NCBI RefSeq assembly: GCF_001194135.2
Contig: NC_068982.1
Location: 8,604,839-8,668,838 of the forward strand
Source of the DNA: Octopus bimaculoides
Taxonomy: Eukaryota
Direction: 5' to 3'
Length of the DNA: 64,000 nt
Positions 37,183 through 49,752 of the stretch are shown here, one piece after another; the first letter of the stretch is position 1, and every line of letters starts with the position of its first letter. The notes under the pieces are model-generated. The model was not told where the DNA came from. It saw only the letters and a list, made by a program, of their open reading frames with translations, and did no database searches. Made by a program: the position numbers and the translations under genes.

Positions 37183-37347
37183 GAAAATAATTTTTTTATA
37201 TATATATATACATTCTGATACATGACCTACGTTGGACTCCTTATTCCCATAATCACCGAACCTGGAGCTTAACTATGGTCTATCCATAGCACTTACTCAG
37301 CATTACCTGACACATTTGGGTCTTATTGACACCGTTACCTCTCATAA

Positions 37348-37385
<38 letters not shown>

Positions 37386-37829
37386 NNNNNNNNNNNNNNN
37401 NNNNNNNNNNNNNNNNNNNNNNNNNNNNNNNNNNNNNNNNNNNNNNNNNNNNNNNNNNNNNNNNNNNNNNNNNNNNNNNNNNNNNNNNNNNNNNNNNNNN
37501 NNNNNNNNNNNNNNNNNNNNNNNNNNNNNNNNNNNNNNNNNNNNNNNNNNNNNNNNNNNNNNNNNNNNNNNNNNNNNNNNNNNNNNNNNNNNNNNNNNNN
37601 NNNNNNNNNNNNNNNNNNNNNNNNNNNNNNNNNNNNNNNNNNNNNNNNNNNNNNNNNNNNNNNNNNNNNNNNNNNNNNNNNNNNNNNNNNNNNNNNNNNN
37701 NNNNNNNNNNNNNNNNNNNNNNNNNNNNNNNNNNNNNNNNNNNNNNNNNNNNNNNNNNNNNNNNNNNNNNNNNNNNNNNNNNNNNNNNNNNNNNNNNNNN
37801 NNNNNNNNNNNNNNNNNNNNNNNNNNNNN

Positions 37830-37861
<32 letters not shown>

Positions 37862-37869
37862 GTGTGCGT

Positions 37870-38090
37870 GTTTGTGTGTGTGTTTGTGTGTGTGTGTTTG
37901 TCCCACCACCTCACTTGACAACTGATGCTGGTGTGTTTACGTCCCCCTAACATAGCGGTTCGGCAAAAGACACCGATAGAATAACTACCAGGCTTACAAA
38001 GAATAAGCCTAAGAGTCGATTTCTTCGATTAAAAAGGCGGTGCTACAGCCTGGCCATAGTCAAATGACTGAAACAAGTAAAAGAATAATA
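37870..38090 (+). mobile_element. SINE family C, 3' half
   Basis: gtgtttgtccc..tagcggttcggcaaaagac..aaatgactgaaacaagtaaaaga. Confidence 0.8.
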
Positions 38091-38134
38091 GAATAATGGA
38101 ATGTGCCAAGCAATAATCAATCGAGCCTACTAGT

Positions 38135-38755
38135 CATTGTTGTTGGCACTCCGTCGCTTGCGACGACGAAGGTTCCAGTTGATCCGATCAACGGAACCGC
38201 CTGCTCGTGAAATTAACGTCCAAGTGGCTGAGCACTCCACAGACACGTGTACCTATTTCTATTTCTTTACTGCCCACAAGGGACTACACACAGAGGGGAC
38301 AAACAAGAATAGACAAACGGATTAAGTCGATTATATCGACCCCAGTGCGTAACTGGTACTTAATTTATCGACCCCGAAAGGATGAAAGGCAAAGTCGACT
38401 TCGGCGGAATTTGAACTCAGAACCCAGTGGCAGACGAAATACCGCTAAGCATTTCGCCCGGCGTGCTAACGATTCTGCCAGTTCGCCTCCTTTTAGACAC
38501 GTGTACCCTTAACGTAGTTCTCGGGGAGATTCAGCGTGACACAGTGTGACAAGGCTGGCCCCTTTGAAATACAGGCACAACAGAAACACGAAGTAAGACT
38601 GAGAGAAAGTTGTGGTGAAAGAGTACAGCAGGAGCCTCGTGGAGCTTTAGGTGTTTTCGCTCAATAAACACTCACAACGCCCGGTCTGGGAATCGAAACC
38701 ACGATCCTATGACCGCGAGTCTGCTGCCCTAACCACTGGGCCATTGCGCCTCCAC
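38135..38755 (-). mobile_element. SINE family B with a nested family A SINE
   Basis: Head (rc) gtggaggcgcaatggcccagtggttagggc..ggtttcgattccc with A and B boxes; interrupted at 38254-38494. Confidence 0.9.
38254..38494 (-). mobile_element. Young family A SINE with 13-bp target-site duplication
   Basis: agacacgtgtacc at 38241-38253 and 38495-38507; intact head ggcgaactggcagaatcgttagcacgccgggcgaaatgc; (GAAATA)-type tail. Confidence 0.92.
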
Positions 38756-39698
38756 TAGTCATGAGTAATACATTTTATCCAAAATTATCTTTAAATAAGT
38801 GTAAGAAATTTCGGCCTTGGGCCAATAAGACGTAAGTGAGAAAACTGACGCTAAAATGTTTCTGAACACTAAAACATTAACACGTAGAGACTCAAAAATA
38901 TAAAAAATGAAACACACTAGGTGTGAAGTCAAGAGAACCAATTGCTTATATATAACTGTTCATATTCTTCATCACAGAGCATATGTATTAGAAATAACAC
39001 TCTGCTCAGAACATAGGACAATATTACATGGTACTTATTACTTGGTTTTCTACGAAGATGATCATTGTTATCCTTACACTAAAATTTCATTGATTAAAAA
39101 CCTTTCCCATAATAGTTAGTAAATATTACTAATCACGTTGATGTTATAATGCTAGTATAGTAATGTTTGAAATAAAGTATTTTGACCACTGAAAGTATAC
39201 ATCTACGGAAAAGGAAAATATAAGGAAAAATTTAGGAAAAATAAAAAAATATATATATATAAAAATAACTTTATAAATACTAAATAATAAATCAAATTTA
39301 GAAGTTATCTAAAATGTCATCAAAAAAAGCAATTATTCGATCATGGTTTGACATGTACATTATTCATTCATGATTTGACAAGAAAATGTATAAGTGAAAA
39401 CATCTAATTTCATTTGTTTTACGTGTCAAGAACATAACATATTTTGGGAATGGGGGAGGGAGTACAGGGTGTGAGTTCGCTAGGGCAGTGAATTTATGAA
39501 TGCGAAAAGCGAAGTCTAGTTGAATTTGTAATTTCTAGTGGCTATGCAAAAAAAAAAAAAAAAAAAAAAAAGTATTTACTATTTACAAGCAGGTTCTATA
39601 TTATACATGGTGCCTTTTCTGACTCGGAATGAATATGGTAAAAATTAAATAGAAAATACCACACACACATACATCCACGCATGCATGCCTACATACAT

Positions 39699-39750
<52 letters not shown>

Positions 39751-40439
39751 GCATACACACATGCGTATACACACACACACACACACAAACACATATATAT
39801 AATATATATATAACATATTTTATAAGTCTATACATAATTATAACAAGGGATCAGCTTTATGCCTCACCACGCACCGCTAGAAAGAGACGTTAAAGCTCCC
39901 ATTACCACCTTAAAATCTTTGAGAAACCACACACCATATTGTAGGTAAGCAAAAGAAAAATAATGAATGCACAAGGTTGGTTAACTCCGTACCCGATCGA
40001 ATTTCAAGCATAAAATAAAATTAAGATATTTCACTGACTGCTATCATCAGCAGAAGTATTCCATAAGATAAGTTTGCGAGTATTTCATATGATTGGTGAC
40101 ATCGGATGACCAGTATACATCTACACTCGAAAAAATATCCCGCCAAGTATAATTCACATCCCTCTTTTGTGCCCACGTGTTGTGTATTAAGATCTAGACT
40201 GCAATAAATGCAATTTCGATCATGGAGTAACTTTATTGAAATACTAATTTTAATGTGGGATAAAATCAATAATAATTTTACTAGGTTGTCAGTGGGAAAA
40301 TAAAAAACCTCAAAATATTTTATAATTATATACATAATTATAACAAGGGGTCGGATTATGCCTCACCACACACCGCTAGAAATAGACACTAAATCTCCTA
40401 TTACCACCTTCAAATCTCTATAAATATATATATATGTAT

Positions 40440-40630
40440 ATTTGAAAATGTAACTACATGTGAATCATTTGCGATTTTTTTCCTCCGTCTTTCTTTTCTA
40501 TTGGACTTTCTTCTGTTTCTGACGAAGATCCTTACTCGCAACGTAAAACCACCTTTCTTTCCTTCCCTGAGCGTCTGCTAATACTTTACATGTACCACCT
40601 CCTCGCGTTGGTTTTTGTTCGGTCTTCGTT

Positions 40631-40632
<2 letters not shown>
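40440..40632 (+). mobile_element. PLE-LTR-like repeat with a degenerate hammerhead motif (40515-40549)
   Basis: gttt-CTGACGA-agatccttactc-GCAAC-GTA-aaac: stem I and GUA triplet retained, GAAA mutated. Confidence 0.5.
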
Positions 40633-40669
<37 letters not shown>

Positions 40670-41321
40670 NNNNNNNNNNNNNNNNNNNNNNNNNNNNNNN
40701 NNNNNNNNNNNNNNNNNNNNNNNNNNNNNNNNNNNNNNNNNNNNNNNNNNNNNNNNNNNNNNNNNNNNNNNNNNNNNNNNNNNNNNNNNNNNNNNNNNNN
40801 NNNNNNNNNNNNNNNNNNNNNNNNNNNNNNNNNNNNNNNNNNNNNNNNNNNNNNNNNNNNNNNNNNNNNNNNNNNNNNNNNNNNNNNNNNNNNNNNNNNN
40901 NNNNNNNNNNNNNNNNNNNNNNNNNNNNNNNNNNNNNNNNNNNNNNNNNNNNNNNNNNNNNNNNNNNNNNNNNNNNNNNNNNNNNNNNNNNNNNNNNNNN
41001 NNNNNNNNNNNNNNNNNNNNNNNNNNNNNNNNNNNNNNNNNNNNNNNNNNNNNNNNNNNNNNNNNNNNNNNNNNNNNNNNNNNNNNNNNNNNNNNNNNNN
41101 NNNNNNNNNNNNNNNNNNNNNNNNNNNNNNNNNNNNNNNNNNNNNNNNNNNNNNNNNNNNNNNNNNNNNNNNNNNNNNNNNNNNNNNNNNNNNNNNNNNN
41201 NNNNNNNNNNNNNNNNNNNNNNNNNNNNNNNNNNNNNNNNNNNNNNNNNNNNNNNNNNNNNNNNNNNNNNNNNNNNNNNNNNNNNNNNNNNNNNNNNNNA
41301 TATATATATATATATATAAGA

Positions 41322-41619
41322 GGAGCAGTCCACCGGTTATGACGCTGAGGGTCCCAGCTGATACGATTAACGGAACAGCTGGATCGTGAAATCAAAGTGC
41401 AAGTGGCTGAGCACTCCACAGACACGTGTACCCTTAACGTAGTTCTCAGGGAGATTCAGCGTGACACAGAGTATGACAAGGCTGGCCCTTTGAAATACAG
41501 GACTGCAGCAACGTGAAATAAAGTGACTTGCTGAAGGACACCACGCATCGCCGGGAATTGAGCTCACGACCTTACGATTGTGAGCCGAACGCCTTAACTA
41601 CTAAACCACGCGCCTTCAC
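41322..41619 (-). mobile_element. SINE family B
   Basis: aacggaacagc..acagacacgtgtacccttaacgtagttc..gggaattgagctcacgacc..gcgccttcac. Confidence 0.85.
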
Positions 41620-42192
41620 TATATATGTATATAAACACACACACATAGCAATTATGCTAGGAGTTTTCGTCACGTGACTCCAACTAATATGCATTCAGCG
41701 TACACAGTTTGGTATGCCATTAATACTCGGGTTTGGACTACGGTTGAATATGTAATGTTGCGACTGCTTTTCTGAAGCAACTAGGTCGCAGCTCTCTATA
41801 ATTCCTGGTATTCGTCAAGGTGATGTAGACACCCCTGACGAGAACGCGATAAATGTAGATAATCGATAAAGCCTGTTCATAATTTGTTCAATATTCTTCC
41901 AAAACTTAAATGTATCCTGGTTATATTTCTACTACGTATGTTACACAAGCACAGACACACAAACATACATACACACACACATATTTACACACATGCACGA
42001 AGACACACACACACACACTCACAGGTAATTGTATATTTGGCAGCCATTATTACGCAAAACCTTTATTATGTAAATTCTACGAACTAATCACCAAAAATAA
42101 GTATATAAATGGAAAACTTCCACTTCGCAGCTTTCTGTTACATAGTTTTATATCTCTGTCCTGAAGAATGATTAACATAATACACATATAAT

Positions 42193-42358
42193 AGGTGCAT
42201 GAATGGCTGTGTGGTAAGAAGGTTACTTCCCAACCACATGGTTCTGGTCTCAGTCTCACTGCGTGGCACCTTCGGCAAGTGGCTTCTATTATAGCCCCAG
42301 GCCGACAAAGCCTCCTGAATGGATTCGGTAAACGGAAGCAGAAAGGAGCCCGTCGTAT
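42193..42358 (+). mobile_element. SINE family C, 5' half
   Basis: aggtgcatgaatggctgtgtggtaag..gcgtggcaccttcggcaag..gagcccgtcgtata. Confidence 0.8.
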
Positions 42359-43343
42359 ATATAAATATATATATATATANNNNNNNNNNNNNNNNNNNNN
42401 NNNNNNNNNNNNNNNNNNNNNNNNNNNNNNNNNNNNNNNNNNNNNNNNNNNNNNNNNNNNNNNNNNNNNNNNNNNNNNNNNNNNNNNNNNNNNNNNNNNN
42501 NNNNNNNNNNNNNNNNNNNNNNNNNNNNNNNNNNNNNNNNNNNNNNNNNNNNNNNNNNNNNNNNNNNNNNNNNNNNNNNNNNNNNNNNNNNNNNNNNNNN
42601 NNNNNNNNNNNNNNNNNNNNNNNNNNNNNNNNNNNNNNNNNNNNNNNNNNNNNNNNNNNNNNNNNNNNNNNNNNNNNNNNNNNNNNNNNNNNNNNNNNNN
42701 NNNNNNNNNNNNNNNNNNNNNNNNNNNNNNNNNNNNNNNNNNNNNNNNNNNNNNNNNNNNNNNNNNNNNNNNNNNNNNNNNNNNNNNNNNNNNNNNNNNN
42801 NNNNNNNNNNNNNNNNNNNNNNNNNNNNNNNNNNNNNNNNNNNNNNNNNNNNNNNNNNNNNNNNNNNNNNNNNNNNNNNNNNNNNNNNNNNNNNNNNNNN
42901 NNNNNNNNNNNNNNNNNNNNNNNNNNNNNNNNNNNNNNNNNNNNNNNNNNNNNNNNNNNNNNNNNNNNNNNNNNNNNNNNNNNNNNNNNNNNNNNNNNNN
43001 NNNNNNNNNNNNNNNNNNNNNNNNNNNNNNNNNNNNNNNNNNNNNNNNNNNNNNNNNNNNNNNNNNNNNNNNNNNNNNNNNNNNNNNNNNNNNNNNNNNN
43101 NNNNNNNNNNNNNNNNNNNNNNNNNNNNNNNNNNNNNNNNNNNNNNNNNNNNNNNNNNNNNNNNNNNNNNNNNNNNNNNNNNNNNNNNNNNNNNNNNNNN
43201 NNNNNNNNNNNNNNNNNNNNNNNNNNNNNNNNNNNNNNAAATATAAACTGTGAGAACGACCCTTAAGGAATCTAATTAATGATCTCCTAAGGTAAGTTCT
43301 TATGCTATATTGGTAACGGTTGCTACATCCTCTGGAAAAAAAT

Positions 43344-43384
<41 letters not shown>

Positions 43385-43877
43385 GTATGTATGTATATAT
43401 GTTATATTAGACGGTAAATCAAAACCAAGGCAGAACGAATATCTCAAGTCATTTAGAATAATTTAATTAGGGTAGGATGAATTTGAAGTCTTACAGCTGT
43501 TTCTGAGATAACAGCAAAGGGTTGGTTGGCATGTCCCTGCACTGGGTGTTCCGTCAGAGACAAGGTATGAATATTTTAGACGAGGAAAATTTTCAGTTTA
43601 CAAGAAATAAAATTCAAAGTCTATAAGGATTAAAAAAGAATAAGGAGTAAAAGTATTCAGAAGAATATAAGCAGGGGAATAATGTTCACAGCTCATCTTT
43701 TTTTTCCAGAGGATATGAATGTTGGTCGGTACTTCCATAAAGGTACAAGCTTTTAGTAAAAATCTCAGGTAAATTTAGGTAATATTTTGGTTGTGTTCTG
43801 AATGATGTGTGCATACTGAAAATTTGTATATACAGCGAGAATGTATGATGGACATAAATTGGTTTTGTGAGTCGGTG

Positions 43878-43932
<55 letters not shown>

Positions 43933-44315
43933 NNNNNNNNNNNNNNNNNNNNNNNNNNNNNNNNNNNNNNNNNNNNNNNNNNNNNNNNNNNNNNNNNNNN
44001 NNNNNNNNNNNNNNNNNNNNNNNNNNNNNNNNNNNNNNNNNNNNNNNNNNNNNNNNNNNNNNNNNNNNNNNNNNNNNNNNNNNNNNNNNNNNNNNNNNNN
44101 NNNNNNNNNNNNNNNNNNNNNNNNNNNNNNNNNNNNNNNNNNNNNNNNNNNNNNNNNNNNNNNNNNNNNNNNNNNNNNNNNNNNNNNNNNNNNNNNNNNN
44201 NNNNNNNNNNNNNNNNNNNNNNNNNNNNNNNNNNNNNNNNNNNNNNNNNNNNNNNNNNNNNNNNNNNNNNNNNNNNNNNNNNNNNNNNNNNNNNNNNNNN
44301 NNNNNNACGGGTAAA

Positions 44316-44406
<91 letters not shown>

Positions 44407-44454
44407 GAAGAATAAAATAAAAATAAGATAGAGGTATACATGTATGTATTTGTG

Positions 44455-44655
44455 TGTCTGTGCTTGTCACGCCACCAGCGCTTGACAACCGCTGTTGGTG
44501 CGTAACGTCCCTATAACTTAGCGGTTCAGCATAAGAGATCGATAGAATAAGTACTAGACTTACAAAGAATAAGTCCTGCTGTCCATTTGTTCGACTGCAG
44601 TTCGTGATTCATCATAGCCACAATGAAATTACTGAAACAAGTAAAAGAATAAAAG
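44455..44655 (+). mobile_element. SINE family C, 3' half
   Basis: gcttgacaaccgctgttggtg..taacttagcggttcagc..aaacaagtaaaagaataaaaga. Confidence 0.8.
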
Positions 44656-45358
44656 AATCCATGTATACATTCGCGACAGAGTATCTAACGTTACGTAGAC
44701 CGCGGTGTCTCGGTGTAAATAGGAATATGTGTTGGGAAATTACTCATCTTAAATTAAACGGTGTTACAGCTAATGTATTAGCTAATGTAGGAGATAGTTT
44801 AAAACTGAAATATCGAAACCTAGCACTTCTAAAAATGTTTAACATGTATCCTAGGCACAGTGAATTTCTGAAAGACTTTCACAAATTCTTGTAGCCACTC
44901 AACCGATCTTCATCCAGTCCCAGTTCTTGACCCTACTTCCTCGTCTCAGAATCGTCATAATTGTTTACTCAGTTTTCATAAAAGCAGCATGGAATATAAA
45001 TTGCATCCCCACTCTCTGCAGTTCATCATTGCAGTAATTCACACGGACAAGGTCACAATGTTAACCTAAACAGGCATTTGTTTTATTTCGATGTCATGTA
45101 CTATTATTCCTTCTTGAAGGGAGAATTGCATTTAAAATATCAAGGCCATTAAACATGTTTGACAATCAATAACATACGTCATGTCTCTCATTCTTCACGT
45201 TTGTATCGATATATATATATATATATATAATTTTCTCTCCCTGTTTATTTCTGTGCTCCTTTCTGTCGAAGAGCGTAGACTCCCGAGCGTTAAATTCATA
45301 CATCTATTTGTTGTTTACACACCCGTCTTCGTCTTTTGTTTTTTTATAAATTCTCACT

Positions 45359-45408
<50 letters not shown>

Positions 45409-45882
45409 TAGAGATATATGTTTTATTACCATATCTTATTTATCTTTTTCATCTTTATGATAACTTCGATAAATATACTACCTTCCGCACCTTTGTAAAG
45501 TTTTATACCATGTTCTTTTTAAAAAACATTTATTAGTTAGTGAATTTGTTCCCTACACTCAACACACAATAATATGAAAATGTAAGGGTACATCTTTTTC
45601 CACATCGGATGAGATTCAACTTTAAAATGTTTTTAATTATACTAATTAATTTCTAAAGTCTTGAACTGAAACTGCCGTCAGAGATTATGTCTACTTTTGT
45701 AATTAATGAATAATTATTAATTTAATTATCTCTATTTTCTTATTTTCTTAAAAATATATATAAACCCCGGTTCATCCAATTACCTTACAGTTGAATACGA
45801 AATATAATATTCAATACTTTTTTATAATAGGTAACAAAATGTTATTATCCATTAATGAATTTTTTAACCTTTAATTGAACTT

Positions 45883-45933
<51 letters not shown>

Positions 45934-47711
45934 CACACACATATATATACACACACACACACACTCACACACACACATACACACACACACACACATAATT
46001 TCAATATCTATCCCTCCATCTGTATCTCCCTCTCTGTATCTATCTATCTGTGCATAAATACATATTCATAGTAACTAAATTGTCAAAGTGCTTCAAAGAC
46101 CTTGTATATATAATATGAAATATTCTACATAAAACCCGGCCACTCATAAATAAAGACTGCCATATCCAATGACCAAACCAGTATAATTTATTATAAATAG
46201 CATATCTTTGTATTTGCGATATTCAAAACTGACATATCTGTGGATTGGTGGTATTTAAGTTTCACCATGTTACACCATGTTTCACCATGTTACAATTCGT
46301 TCAGACAGATGCGAAGAAGTTTCAAAATCGTGGTCAGAGAATCGGCGAAGAACGCCAAACCTTTACCGTCATAGATCTTTGTTCCTAATCTTTTGTTGTC
46401 GTTACAGCAGTCCGGCATATTGCATAAAATAGTATTTGGGACACAGATTTACTCGGTAGAGCATGTAATTTTTAAAAACTCTTCGCGACTTTGAGAGAAA
46501 ATAAAAAGAAAAAGAAAAGAAAAAGAAAAAGAGTGCGCTGCCACATTCAAATTTAAAGTGAATGAAGCAATTACAGAAACAGTATTTCTGTTTCGAAGAA
46601 ATTTTTGAGAGTTTGCATGACTGATGTCACTAAATTAAAAGCGATTATTTTATTTGGTGCTTTATTTTAAGATAACAAAAATAAGACAGTGGAGAAATTT
46701 GTAGAATGAATTGTTTTATACGTGCAACCGCAAAGCTGGATGGATGACAGTAAATGTAAAAAAAGAAAAAAAAAAAGAAAAACAGAAAAAGCAATTTCGC
46801 ATTTACAACTCTAGTGAACTACATTGAAAAATTCAACAGGAAATCTGTTTTCTTCTCTGGAATCAGTTTGATTCTCATTTGCAGAAGAGTTTTGATTATA
46901 TTAGTCAATCACAGCACACAGACGTAATTTCTAGAGGACTTGAAATGGTATACAACCAATGCTATTTAAGGACATGATAAGTTAAATTTAGTCACTTTTT
47001 GTATGATAGAAAAATTAAATATAAATGAAATGATGCATTGTGTCGACTTCACCACAGTGTCTGATTCTGGAATGGATCGTTAATTCTCGAAAGGAAATAG
47101 AAATTGACAACATTATCAAGCCATCGAAAAAATGTAGAGTTGTAAATGTAGTCGGGCATACAGAACATAAGATAATGATTACGAAGAAGAAAAAGTTAGT
47201 GAAGAACCTATAATTACGTAAAGCAATTTTAGAGGCGATTCGCACGATGATTAAAGATGATTAAAGATGATCACCCTGGTGATTATGAATGTTTATTTGG
47301 TTTTAAAGGTGATAAACAGAGTAATTTACAGGGTTTTAATTAACTTTCGTCTGACATATTTAAGATTTAATATGTAATTGTAATGTAAAGTCGAATTTCA
47401 ATTCCACCTCTGTTATGCATGCATAAATAAAACTCAAGAAACCATTTTTATTCACTGAATTTATCAATTTAGATTTAATATTCATAGCCTCAATTTGCAT
47501 TGAATTGCTTAATTATGTAAAAAAAAAATTAGCACTGATATATTATAATGCGATGAATATAACTGTGGCGTAGGTAATCGATCAAGTCTGGCTAATAAGC
47601 ATAAAACAACAAGTATAAATATACAGAATAGCTTTTGAGCTTTATCCCTTAGTAGGAGCCCTACTCTGATAGGTACGCATGATAATTAAAAGTATTTCTA
47701 AGTCAAGGCCT

Positions 47712-47890
47712 AAGGCGGCGAGCCGGCAGTATCGTTAGAACCCCGAGCAAAATGCTTAACGGCATTTCGTCCGTCTTTACGTTCTGAGTTCAAATTCTAC
47801 CGAGGTCAAATTTGTCTTACTGGTATCGATGTAATCGACTTAATCCGTTTATCGAAATTGCAAGCCTTGTGCTAATATTTAAAACCATTA
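47712..47890 (+). mobile_element. SINE family A
   Basis: aaggcggcgagccggcag..gttctgagttcaaattc..cttgtgctaatatttaaaaccatta. Confidence 0.85.
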
Positions 47891-48049
47891 TTAATTCAAG
47901 GTTGATGAGTTAGCAGAGTCACTAAAAGTTCGTGTAGAGCAGTTATTAGTTCTAATTGTTTGTGCTCCCAGTTCAAGCCCTGGCGAGGTCATATTTGCCT
48001 TAAAATAGTGCTTATGATTTATTTCTCTGTCGTTTCACCCGAACTTTCA

Positions 48050-48800
48050 AAACTACCAAAACATACGCTGGTTCCCTCCGCTCTTGGTCGAGATTCTCGA
48101 TGAAAACTTTAAAAGTAAAAACGTACAGTCAATATAAAAAAAGTTGAACCAACGTAAGTATTTCGCGCCGCTTACAACTATTGATGGCACGTTGTATGGT
48201 TTCAGGCAGAAGTGATCGACAGTTTCTCTCTTGATCAAGTAATTTTCTGAAAGTGAAATTAGTTCACAATTGTCAGTATAAAGTAAATCTTCGACTATTG
48301 TAGCAAATGCTTTAGCTCTCCCTTGAAACGCTGCTAATAAAGGAACCCTGTCAATACCACAAAGCCGAAGACACACCACAGGGACTTAAAACAAACAGCT
48401 GCTGGAAGTGATATATTACCATTGCATTATGTTTACTTTTTACGCCATAACTTTTCAAGTCATAACATTTGGATGGGTAAACCACAGGGGTAACCTAGAA
48501 TACAATATAAATTGTTTTCCTGTTGCGTTGAAAGCCCCCGTAAGATCGATAACTAAATGTACAAGTTCAACATGCCATTCAATATTTCTATTGAAATTGC
48601 TATGCTGTAAAATCATGTCTCTTATCACTCTTGTTTGTCTAAAAAATTTCCAGTATGAGAGATGGACAGATGTGTGAGAGATGGACACAGAGTTCTATAA
48701 GCTGTTTGTGTTGATTATGTACGGTATGCGGTGTGTTATTTATACAGGGTTGATTGCGTTTCGCAAAGTATTTTTTTATCGAGTGCCTACATTCTGAAAC
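48050..48800 (-). mobile_element. RTE (BovB-like) LINE reverse transcriptase fragment, degraded
   Basis: DMILQ..IEWHVELVHLVIDLTGAFN and AKAFATIVEDLLYTDNCELIS correspond to RTE DMIF..EQ..LY..FIDLTKAFD and KTKV...ELL(F/Y)ADDC.LVA. Confidence 0.65.
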
Positions 48801-49679
48801 ACTCAGCAAAATCCTACCGATTCTAAATTGCACGCATTAAATCATACTTATTTAGGTTTAATAATGGTTTAATTTTTCATTACAGTTCAGTGATTAGAAT
48901 ATCTACTATAGAACTTTTCATGTATGCAGGTGTGTATTTAATTGTGGGTCGTATTACAAAATGCTTGAAATGCTTTAATGTTGCATCATATAATAGTGTG
49001 TTCACTGAACTTAGTTACGTAACAAGAAACTAAATATTAGAACTGCTTTGCAACGATGTCAGTGGGTTATGCAATGAATCGCAATGGCTACTGGAATTCG
49101 TTTTTCAAATATGATATGAAGTCCCAATATTGATGAATCATACTGGAGGTTTCAATGGTTGTATCATACATAATGTTATGGATAGAATATTGTTATCAGA
49201 TAAAAAAGTATGGAGATAATTATTGACTCACTTTAAGAATCTGTCATTTGATTTTCAGTGAATTTTTTTTTCCGAAAACGGATATTTATCCAGATATCTC
49301 ACATATAGCAATGGTAATGCATCACTGCTATAAACGATGCATTTATTCAGCTGTATCAACTATCTGCCTTCACATGACTTTTCAGTTACCTGATTTGAAT
49401 ATTTAAGTACTTCATTCACCTTTTGATAGTTTAAGCGCTTTAAGGAACAAGTTTTAACACACCACTTGAACTTTTCGGCGTTAGAGGTAACAAAACGTAA
49501 CACAGCACGAGTATCAAAATATATTAATGTATAGTATGCGGCGTGTGAATTTAGATAATTATTATTGATATGATAACTAAGGCTAACCGAAGTTAATTGG
49601 TTGATATTAGTAATCAGCAACGAAATTTTGATATTGCTTTTCTGAATACTGCTTTGACGATCTTGATAGAGTCAAAAGA

Positions 49680-49752
49680 TTTCGTAGCTTTGTCACTGAT
49701 GTTTCGTAGCTTTGTCACTGATGTTTCGTAGCTTTGTCACTGATGTTTCGTA
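49680..49752. repeat. Perfect 22-bp tandem repeat (tttcgtagctttgtcactgatg) x3.3
   Basis: Directly visible. Confidence 0.95.

Noticed and set aside
49680-49752. CRISPR-like repeats (also the 19-bp array at 24294-24458)
   Set aside because: Head-to-tail units with no unique spacers, no cas genes, eukaryotic context.
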